DNA of 20,000 nt from IMG/VR virus record IMGVR_UViG_3300017747_003095; one strand, 5' to 3'. A model generated the notes under the pieces. The model worked only from the letters and a program-made list of their open reading frames with translations, did not search any database and had not been told where the DNA came from. Every line of letters begins with the position of its first letter. Within the stretch, counting starts at the first letter, position 1. Of the stretch, positions 1 to 10,400 are shown one piece after another. The translations under genes were made by a program, and so were the position numbers. Source of the stretch: an uncultured virus (IMG/VR IMGVR_UViG_3300017747_003095) (Duplodnaviria > Heunggongvirae > Uroviricota > Caudoviricetes).

Positions 1-1
1 A

Positions 2-1489
2 GCAGCGAAGCAGCTTTCTCAAAATCTAGCAGCCTGGAAAGCAGACAAGGCCCAAGCTAAAAAAGAAAAAGAAGCCAAGGCCTCTAAGGCCATGGACGAA
101 ATGATGAAGTTTGATCCATCTACTTTTAATAGAAAGATTAGAAGCGAGGCTACCGCTGGTTTCGAGAAGTCTAAAAAAGAACTTGAGAACGCAATAGAGG
201 CGGGCAAGAGCGAGAGAGAGCTTCTAGATATCGTTTATCAAGCTGGGAAGAATCTTGCTTCATATAAAGATCAGAGTAATAACAGGGACTTGCTAGATAA
301 ATATGTTTTAGCAAACCCAGGAAAAGCTCCGACTGTATTAACAAACTATTCTGCAAACAACAGAAGCAGACTCTCTGAAGATGAAATAGTTCTTTTGCAA
401 GGATTTGGTGTTGGTTACGATAGAGAAACAAATATTTTAACATCCTTTGGATATGAGCCTGTTGACGTAAGGGCGGCACTTAATCAAGCTAAACCAACAG
501 AGGATGAGCTACTTGCGACCACAAGTCAAGATGATATACAAAAAAATATATCCATCATCAAAACTAAAGCAGGATACGATCCGATAGCATTTGCAAGACT
601 AAAGCCACCCGAGCAGAGATATGCATTAAGCTTGGCTAATGTAATGTACAACGAGCCAGGAGCTATTGGGTCTATATCTGAAGAGGTTTTAAGAAAGGAT
701 TATGGAGGAAACTATGACAGATATCTCGTAGCAACAAGATCCAAGCTGGATGAAATGATGAAAAATACAAAGGAAGGAGATCCTCTTCCGACGCCTTTCG
801 ATGCACAGAGAGCTATCGCTATTGATTATATGGTCAAAACCCATGCTCCCGAATGGATACAGGCGTCTACAAAAACGATAAACTTAACCGAGCCCCCCAA
901 AGTTACTGATCCTAAAAATAAGGGAGCACAAGGAAATCCCGCAGCTGCTACTGCTGAAGGACATCTTTCGACAGCTGGAAAAAAGCTAGCAAAAAATCTA
1001 GGCATGGATGAACAGACGGCTATAAATATTTCTTTGAATAGGGTAGAGGCAACACCTGAACAGAGAAAGATAGCCAATAAAATAACTAAAAACAATATAC
1101 TTGGAGAAGGGCCAACGGTATCTTTCAATACAGGAGGCACAGAGGTAGTTACCATAGGATCTATAAATGTAAATCCAAGAAAACTCTGGTATGACACGAA
1201 GAATAAAAAGTTTCACCTCTCTTACGATAAGCAGGTCTCTGGAGAAGGGACTTCTTATAATCTAGCAGCAGAAGATAAGGTTCTTACATGGGAAGAATTA
1301 AAGCAGTTAGATAGCTCTGGTAACACTAATGTAAAAGCGCAATTGGAGCAATGGGATCTTAACGCAGCAGCGAACAAAGTTCCTACTGTCTCTAATTATA
1401 TTTTATCTAAAGGCACAGCTAGAGCAGCAGCAGCAGCGCCATCAGGATCAGGATCGGCCTCTTCATATAATTGGACTGGAGGTAAATAA
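2..1489 (+). CDS. 5'-truncated hypothetical phage protein (>=495 aa), probable internal virion/ejection (cargo) protein
   Basis: The frame is open from position 2 (AAKQLSQNLAAWKADKAQAKKEKEAKASKAM...) into the listed ATG at 92, so the true start probably lies upstream of the window. TAA at 1487-1489, 9 nt before the giant gene. Charged/helical N-part and low-complexity tail ARAAAAAPSGSGSASS. Function is inferred only from position next to the giant gene. Confidence 0.75.
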   Translation, partial: AAKQLSQNLAAWKADKAQAKKEKEAKASKAMDEMMKFDPSTFNRKIRSEATAGFEKSKKELENAIEAGKSERELLDIVYQAGKNLASYKDQSNNRDLLDKYVLANPGKAPTVLTNYSANNRSRLSEDEIVLLQGFGVGYDRETNILTSFGYEPVDVRAALNQAKPTEDELLATTSQDDIQKNISIIKTKAGYDPIAFARLKPPEQRYALSLANVMYNEPGAIGSISEEVLRKDYGGNYDRYLVATRSKLDEMMKNTKEGDPLPTPFDAQRAIAIDYMVKTHAPEWIQASTKTINLTEPPKVTDPKNKGAQGNPAAATAEGHLSTAGKKLAKNLGMDEQTAINISLNRVEATPEQRKIANKITKNNILGEGPTVSFNTGGTEVVTIGSINVNPRKLWYDTKNKKFHLSYDKQVSGEGTSYNLAAEDKVLTWEELKQLDSSGNTNVKAQLEQWDLNAAANKVPTVSNYILSKGTARAAAAAPSGSGSASSYNWTGGK

Positions 1490-1498
1490 CAAATCAAC

Positions 1499-4400
1499 AT
1501 GGACGAAAGAGCAATTGACGATTTATTTAATCATGCTAGGTCTTTAGGATATAAAGACTCTAGAGGCAACTTCCTTAATCTGATTTATACAGATCAGAGG
1601 GCGTTTAATGACATGTTCTCTTACGCTAAGTCTAAGGGATTTAATAAGAACGAGGATGATTTTTCGATTCTAATAGGAAAGAAACAAGGCTCGGGAAAAG
1701 CAGCCCCTGGAAGCGGAGCTGGGCCTTCTGGGGGATTAAGATTACCATCGAATCTAAATAAGCAGCAGGTAAAAAGCTTTCTGGGTAGGTATGGCGCATC
1801 TTTTACAGATGATCAATACGACCAGATAGCTAGTAGGGTGAAAGGTAAGTCGATGGAAGAGGCGATGCAAATCGCTAGAGAGATCACTACTCCGACACCA
1901 CAACCTGTACGGATGTCATCTCTTGATGCTGGAAGGCAAATGCTTGCATCCGCAGCAGAGCAAAGGACAGGCCTTGCTGAACAAGTACAGCAAGAAGAGC
2001 CGTCAACAAGTGGCTATCTTTCACCAGAGCAACTCCGACGCGCCGAAATGGAAGATGCTAGAATACCATCATCCACGCTGCCTACGCAAGGGCAGCTAAG
2101 GGCTGATTTCGCAACGCAATTTAGAAAAGAAGGAGAAGCAAATGCTGCTGATCTGGTTTCTAATTGGGACTCGGAAGGAAAGAAAAAAATGCTCGCAATC
2201 TATGCCGAAGAGGCTATGGAAAACGATAGCGACGAGCTAGACTTCGGCCCTTTTGGAACCGTTAAGATGGGCGAAACGCCAGAAGAGGTTCAAAGAAACT
2301 TAGATCAGCTTATAAGCATCCCGCAACTAGGGACTCTAAAGGCCGAATATGGATTTAGTACAAAACAAATTTATGATAAACTAAAGTCTGACCTTGGCTA
2401 TGAAAATGATAAGAAGTTTGAAGAAACCTTGCTTAAGTATTTTAAGTCAAACGAAGGTCTTAAATACGTAGTTGACGATAGTAAGCAAAAGCTAAGCATA
2501 TATAATCAACTGTACGAAGAGGCCCTGCAAAACCCAAACACACCCCAAGAGGATCTTGATGGCTTAAAGCAAATGATTAATAAAGAGCTCAAGATACAGG
2601 GCATGGGTGAGATTATAGATCAAGCTCAATATAATAGATTATCAATTGGTGAAAAGGCGCCAATAGCCTTGGCGTATGGAGGCAGCACACTTAGGTCACT
2701 TGCAAATTCGCTAGAGCTATCTCTTACAGAATTTACTGTTGGAGTTATGGAAGTCGTGTACGAGCCATTCCTAGCAGATGAACATCAAGGCATGGTTAGA
2801 GACCTTTTGATGTATCAACCATTGTCGGAAAAAAGAAAAGCTGCAGAAAAAACCGCAGAACTTCCCTATCAAAGCGTATCCTCTCAATCTGTTATAGATG
2901 GTCTCAATATACTTAATTTCACAACAACGGCAACGCAGGTCACTGGCTCTATAGCTGTGACTTACGCTGGAGGATTTATGGGAGGCGCTGCTTTAGTATA
3001 TGGTGACGCTGTAGATGAAGCCTTAAAAGGAGGTTATAGCCGAAACGAAGCTAAGGCTTACGGACTACTTAACGCAGGAATATCTGGATACCTTGAAAAA
3101 ATAGGTCTTAAAGGCATAACAAAAACGATTACCACAGACGCTGAGAGAAGATTAGTATTATCCGCTATAAGATCGGAGTTAAAGAAGGGAACAAGCGTAG
3201 ATAAAGTAGTCTCTATAGTCACAAATAAAATAGCTAATTCTATTGGATCTCTAGTTAAAGGTGGAACTCCAGAAGGCTTTACAGAGTTCGCTCAGACAGG
3301 CCAAGAGCTTCTATTGAAAAAGGCATTCAATAGAATGGTTTTAGATGAAGGAGAGAAGGGGTTTGAAGAACCATCACTAGACGAAGCTTCCAAGATGTTA
3401 GGCGAGGCGTTTGTTGTCGGATTTTTTAGTGGAGGATCCGTCCCGTCTCTTATATCAGCATTTTCAAAAGGAAACACCAAGTATGAAGATGTAGCTAATG
3501 CCGTAGTGGCTGGCAAGAAAAAGGTGTCTGATATCGTAGAGACAACAAAGGGTCTTATATTGTCTGGGAAGGTAAGCGCAGTTGATGGACGTGCATTTAT
3601 TGAAAATCTTAAGATAGCAGAAGCAGCAAAAGCTACGCTACCAACTTATGTGAAAGATAAGCAACAGCGCATCCGTGCCATATCACTTGTTATGGAGCGA
3701 AACAAGCTCACACAAGAAATGAATAGTGCAGATCCAGACCTTCAGGATGGGTATAAGAAAAGGCTAAATGAAATAAAGCAGGAGCTTAAATCTATCGCCG
3801 ACAAGAACTGGGTAGCGCCAACTAATGCATTCACTGCGTCGACATCGCCGGGCTTCTCTGCCGCGATGAGCGCATTGTCACAAGAGCCAGATACCGACAA
3901 GGCTGCAAGGGTTTTCAACAAGACTCTTGGCGTAAACAACGGACTTCTGACAAAGATAACGAAGGCGATGGAAGCTGGGACTGAGATAGCTACTCAATTA
4001 TCTAAAAACGTAGCTGCAGATCTTGAGATGTTTGTTGAAAAGTTGTCTAGCATGGACAACAAGACCCCTGCAATGCAGGAGGCGATAAAGTCAGCTACAG
4101 ACATCATCCAGAAGTTAAATGATTATGGCAACAAGCGAGATTCCGTGCCAAGTGAAGCAGGTGTAAGCCTGAATATGGATGAAATCATTGGAAGAATTGC
4201 CGCTGGCGCTGAAGCCGGAGACATGGACTTCATGGAAAATGTTCCAGAAGAAACATTAGATCAAGTCGCTACCACTCTTTCAGGAATAATGTCTGGTGCG
4301 GATGTGTCAGAGGAGGATGCAGGAGCTGCCGCAGATTTTCTATACGGCAGATATAAGCAGCTTACGGACCTAAAGGCAAAGATCAGTAAGAAAATAGAAA

Positions 4401-7400
4401 CAGAAAAGGATGCTACCAAAAAGACTAGGCTAGAAAAATCTTTATCTGCTATCAACGAGGCTCAGTCCAAGCTTGACCAGGACATAAGTGTCACTGTTAA
4501 GTACCAACAAGAGAAAGCCCTCCGTGATGAAGCTGCAGGTACAAGAAAGCAGGTGCCACTAGGAGAACCCCAAGCAGAGCGAAAGAGCGAGAAAGAAAGC
4601 GAGAAAGAGCTCCCGGGCAAGGTATCGCAAGAGTACAGTCCTGAAAACATGGACGCGATACAAGAGGAGTTCGAAGCTGAAAACGGTCGACTAGATCCGC
4701 TTATCATACGAGCAATCAACTCAGTAAACAAGCTACTTTCTAAGATAGCTCCTAACGTAAAGATATACGTACACACCTCTGTTGATGATTACGTTAAGAC
4801 GCTCGCAGAAGAAGGTCTAAGACCTGCTGATGTCGCTGGGGCTTCTAGGACCTACGGTAAGGTCGTTCAGGACGAAAATAAACGTATACAGTCGCTTCAT
4901 ATAAACCTTCAGCTTATAAACGACTCAGCTAATGCTGAAGAAGGCGTTAGAGGCATATACCACGAGGCTACTCACGTAATACTTGATGTATTCTTTAGGG
5001 CTAATCCAAAGATGATCGCTGATATGATCGACTCTATCAAGTCGTTTGTACCTAAGGGAGTATCTGAGCAATTGGATGAGTTTCTTGAAGAGTACGTGAA
5101 TGAAACTGACGAAATAAACGCCGAGGAGTACATATCCGAGTTGGTTGATATTCTCGCCAGAACAGAGAGTCAGCTTGATAAACCGACCATATCGAAGATA
5201 ATCGGTGCAATAAACGACGTTATACGCCGTGCTGCACGAGCCTTAAATATACAGGACCCAGAAAGGTTCCTTATCAAGAATGATCGCACCGACTTTATTG
5301 ACTTCTTAAACTCATTAGCTACCGCTACAACTAGTGGTCTTGAGTCGGATATTAAAAACAAAGAAAGACTACAGAAAAAGTATGCCGTTCAAAAGCAAAC
5401 AGCAGGTAAAGTACCTGTACAGCCAAGAGCCAGAGGTGGCCAAGAGGTGGCGGAAGGAGAACCCGAAGCAGAACCTGAAAACATTGCCGAAGAAGGCGAA
5501 ACCCAAGAGCGGACCAGCAAGTCAAGTAAAAAACGTAAGAAGAAAAAAGAAGTAGGAACAGAATTCTCTGATGCATCAAGTCCTCAGTTTAGTCTTAATT
5601 TGAATAAAAACCTTAGCGAGGACCAACAGAACTCCGTAGGGCAAATATTCGATCAGGTACTTAGTAATGATGATGCGACATTTAGTGAGACTGTAAATAT
5701 AGATGGATCTATTGGCAAAGACGTTCCTAAGCAGAAAATAGAAATAAGCGAATCTGACAACAGACCTGAAGCTGATTTTATGAGAAGGCTTAGGATTCCG
5801 CTTGATTTTATACTTGGGAAGTCTGTAGGATTAGGCATGTCTGACACTCTAACTACTGGCGAAAGAAATGTAGAGGTGCTTGATCTTAAAACAAATAAGA
5901 AGAGCAAGCAAAAAGTTAGGGACGAAGGTGGAATCGGATATCCATTTAAATCTCTTATGGACTTGCTTAATGGCAAGATCAAAAAAGGAGAAAAGATTTT
6001 CGGCTGGGCTTCGGTGAGTAAAGGCGCTGGAACAGGAATGATCACGGCTGCAAAAAAAGCATCAAAAATATCAGGCAGGGAATTAAAGGACATATACATA
6101 AGTAATCTAGGTCTTAATAAAGAGCAAATAAGTAGACTAGAAGATGCTATTCCAGACAATAAACAATATGGAATAGTTGCCATATATAAAATGGGTGCAG
6201 ATGGTATATATAGCAATGAAGCATATTCGAGAGAGGCCTTTAGACAGATTGAAACTCTGCTAGATCAGGATGAAAAGAATCAATTTTTTGTCCTAGCAAA
6301 GCAGCGTCTTAATGATTTAAAGTGGGAAAATAAATCAAGCTTTATTGGTTCAATTAATGCAGCCAATTCGTTTATAGAACTTGAGAATATTCTTCATGGA
6401 AGCGAGTCTAAAATGCCATTAAAGGCTAAGGCTAGTATAATGAAGAAAGTTTTTCTGTCATCAGAAGAAACGGAATCAAAAGGTAAATCGGGCAATAAAT
6501 TAGGTGAGCTATTAAAGAGTAAAGGAATTTCTATAGAAAGCGTAGCTAGAGCTATAGAAGAACCTGTTATGTCTGACCTTAGTAAGGGTCAGCCAGTGAT
6601 ACTTGTCGCTATAGATGGTAGTTCCAAAACAATAGAGGACAAGCTTCGGGAAAGACATAAGAACTACCCTTTTGGTGTAGAAGGATTTCCTATTGGAGTA
6701 TTTGAAGAAACAACTCAAATGCATCAGTTATCAACTGTTTTAATGGATGCGTTTGTCAAGTCATCTACAGTTATAGTTGATGAAAACGCTAAGTTTACAG
6801 ACCCTGCTAAACCAGGAGCTAAAGCTGAAGAAGCACGTGTCAGTATATATCAAGATTCTGAAGGTGATTTCCGTGCCGATAAAGGAAAGGGTGGAGATAA
6901 AGAAAGAATAAAAGACAGCAATGGAGATCCTGTAAAAGCTAAAACAAAGGATCTATTATTAAGCAAACTCAAGAAGCTAGGGTACGTCATTAGTAAAAGC
7001 ATAGCCCAGACAAGATATACTCAGGTTATTAATGGAAGTACATTTGGGGATGTAATGCAAAAGCTTAAGATTGGATTTACATCAATACTAGAAAGTCCAC
7101 AATTAACAGCTCAGCAGAAACTAGTAAAATATTTACAGTTAGCATTCCCTGGTATTGTTGTAGAAATGGACTCAGTAGAGTACGATAAAATACAGCAAGG
7201 CTTCGTAGATCAAAAGCTAATAAATAAAGACGGTAAGGTATATGGATTTGTAAAAGAAGGACGGGTGTATCTTAACCCTACTTACTTAAATAACAATACG
7301 CCAATACATGAATTTGGTCACGTATGGAATTTCGTGGCTAAGAATTTCAGACCAGAAATATATTCAAAAGGTGTTAGTCTAGTAGAGGGAAGTGAATATC

Positions 7401-10400
7401 AAGATTCTGTACTTCAAGATGTTAAGTATAGAAAATTGATAGAAGCAGAATTTGGAAGAAAGGCTCTCATTAAAGACAAGAAAACAGGTAAGTATGTTAT
7501 AAATAAGCAATTTGACAGGGCTAATGAAGTTGCTGATTCAGTTGCTGACGAAGCCTTGGCTAAGGCGATAGGCGATAAAGGAGAGTTGTTTGTTAACGAA
7601 GCACAAAAGCGCGATTTTAAAGACTGGCTTAATACGCTATACAAGGCAATAAAGAAGGTTATCGGATTTGGAGACATGACCGAGGACCAGTTCCAGAATT
7701 TAACATTAGATCAATTCGTTGACTCGGCTCTTAAAGAGATTCTAGGTGGCCAGGAAATAACCAAGGTAACTAGTAGTGAATTGGCTTCTGTGGGAAAAAC
7801 TTCAGCGAAGTTCCTGATTGCCGGGGAGAATGCTAATCTAGAGCAGAATGTATTAGGCAATTTGCGTGTTGCTAACGAAATGGAGGCAAGCAATCAAGAC
7901 GCTAAAACCATTCGCCTTGCAACGGGATGGGAAAGAGGTGCTGATGATAAATGGAGATACGAGGTTCAAGACAATATTCCTTTCTTAAAGGATACTGTTA
8001 AGCAGATGAAAGAGTTTTTATCTGAAAATGATGCTCAAAATACAAGCCAGAAGGCAAATTATTTTCTTCCAAAAGAGCTGTTAAAGCTTTATCCTGAATT
8101 GAATGATGTGACCATAGTCTTCAACGATAAATTCAATGACGATGAAGCTTCATACAATCCACGCACCAAAACTATTGAAGTAAACGTAGGCGTATATCCT
8201 AAGAATACAGTATCTGCATTGCTGCACGAGATACAGCATGTAATACAAGATATAGAGGGCTTCGCTAAGGGAGGTAATGTTGAGGAATTTTCTGACTTTA
8301 GAAACGAGCAAATTATTAATCAAGTTTCGTTTGAAAAAGAACAGCTAGAGAGGCAATATAAAAAACAGCCTTTATCAAGAGATATTATACTAGAGTTTGA
8401 TAACTACATAAATCAGAAAGATGGTATTACTAAAATGTATAATGAATTAAGTGATAAATACGACATTTCAGTAAAGTCAGTAAGAGATGCCGCTAATTAC
8501 CTATATGAATTGATAGGAGATGATCCTACGATGGATAATTATGTTAACAAGATTGCCTTTTTTAATGACGTAATATCTAGTAAAAACCCATTTAGGCAAT
8601 ATGAGAAATTAGCTGGAGAGGTAGAAGCTCGGAATGTACAGGCTCGTATGGAGATGACTCCCGAGCAACGTAGGGCAACTACTCTGCAGGAAACCGAAAG
8701 CGTACCAAGAGAAGAACAAACAGTAAGGGGTGTACTAACCTCAAAGTCATCGAAGGTAAGTTCTGCATTGGCAAATGTTAAGAATACGGCTAAGGCCCTG
8801 GAGGGGAAAAATACATTCGACCAGCAAGATGAAAAAGCAGAAGTTATAGTTGGTAAAGAAAAAGACAGATGGGGTCGTTCTCAAGTTTGGAGAGAAAGAA
8901 TAGAAAACGCAGGAGATATACTTAGGGAATTGTCAGGTAGAGGCAACAATCCTGATGTTAAATATTTACAAGAAAAAATAAATAAGATAAAGAATTGGAT
9001 TTTAGATGGAAGCGGATTTAGCGAACTACCAAAAAGCATTAAAACCTTAAAGGATGTTGATGAATCAAATGTTAGATTTTCTTCCGCTGTTGATGGGAAG
9101 AAATATTTAGATAAGTTTCATAATGATGTCTTACAAGAAACTATTGACGCTTATAAAGGTATTGTTGTAAAAACAGAAGAAGAGCAAGTTGTAAAAGATT
9201 TTATATTAACCTTACTACAAGGAGATAAATCATCTATATCTTCTAGCTTAAAAGAAGTTGAGGATATTGTTGGTAGAATAAAAAAACAAGGGGAATTAAA
9301 ATCAACTCCATTAAATGTTTCTGAAGCCTATCACGAAGCCAAGGCGGACGGAAGTAACCCTGAGTTAGTTGAAGCGGTAGAGGCGTTGCTTGGGGATCAG
9401 GAAGTAAAACCTGAATTAACCTCAAAATCTTCGAAGGCAAGTTCTGGACTAACATCAAAGTCATCAAAGTCCAAAGGCCCGCTAGGCTACGATCCGAACC
9501 AAGCGGCCGACAGAGGCACTAAACAAGATCGTGACCTACAGCAGAATATCTACGACTTGGCTCTTAGTATATGGGACTCGACAAAGGATCTCATGGATAT
9601 GACTGCTGATATCTACGTAGCAGTTAGCGACGAGTTAGACACGCCTCTTAATGCTGTGCACATAGCCGAGTTGATAAAAGACCTTCGCATTGGCAACAGA
9701 CCGGAATATACTAAAACACCAGAAGGCAAGTACAAGCGCAACAAAACGAAGCTAAATGTCAGCTCTGTAATGGACAGCGCTCTTGTGGCATTGAGCGGCC
9801 TTGTTACAAACAGAAGAGTGGATAAGGGTATTATCGCTAGTCTTATAAACTCCCTTAAAGGTGGACCTCAATATACCGTGGAAAATCAGATAGATGTAGA
9901 TGCTATAGCCGATACTCTTTTTGACATATTCGGTGACTCTGCTAATATTGCGACCTTACAGGAGCTTTACAAAATCGCAGAACTGGCTAAGGGTGGTTTG
10001 AGAACTACGATGTTTGCCAGAATCGCTAATAATTCATGGAACAAAGCAAGAGAGTCTAAGGATCAACAGGAGAAGCTGGCGTATAGAGATCTTGGGAATA
10101 TGGCCTTGAATCAATTAGCTCAAGAAGCTACTGAGTCAGGAAGGTTTAATGCTATGATCTACAGGATCCAGAAGCTCAACCCAGAATTCCTTGCCTCTTT
10201 CGAGAAGTCAAGGGTTAGGCGAGAGACTGAATCGCAAATGAGAGGGGCGGGCCAGAAGAAGTCAGATGTGGATTCTGTCACAACAGAACTCAACACGGCT
10301 CAGGAGCAGGCAGCTGAACAGGCTGTTAACTCACCGTCTGTACAAGCGGCTATCAATACCGCTACTGGCGTCCCTCCGGGACCTAGTACACCTCCTCCTG

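Noticed and set aside
92..1489. ATG at 92 as the true start of the first gene
   Set aside because: The frame is open and protein-like back to position 2, so the gene probably starts upstream of the window.
1926..2099. 57-aa +1-frame ORF (MLEGKCLHPQQSKG...) inside the giant gene
   Set aside because: No A-rich leader and no recognisable family pattern; ORFs of this length occur by chance in a 12.8-kb gene.
4125..4166. +1-frame ATGGCA start with AT-rich leader (MATSEIPCQVKQV*)
   Set aside because: The start context looks good, but it encodes only 13 aa and cannot be supported as a gene.
5334..5381. Upstream extension of the nested ORF given in the ORF track
   Set aside because: The ATG at 5382 has the better A-rich context and gives the MPFKS N-terminus; the extension looks incidental.
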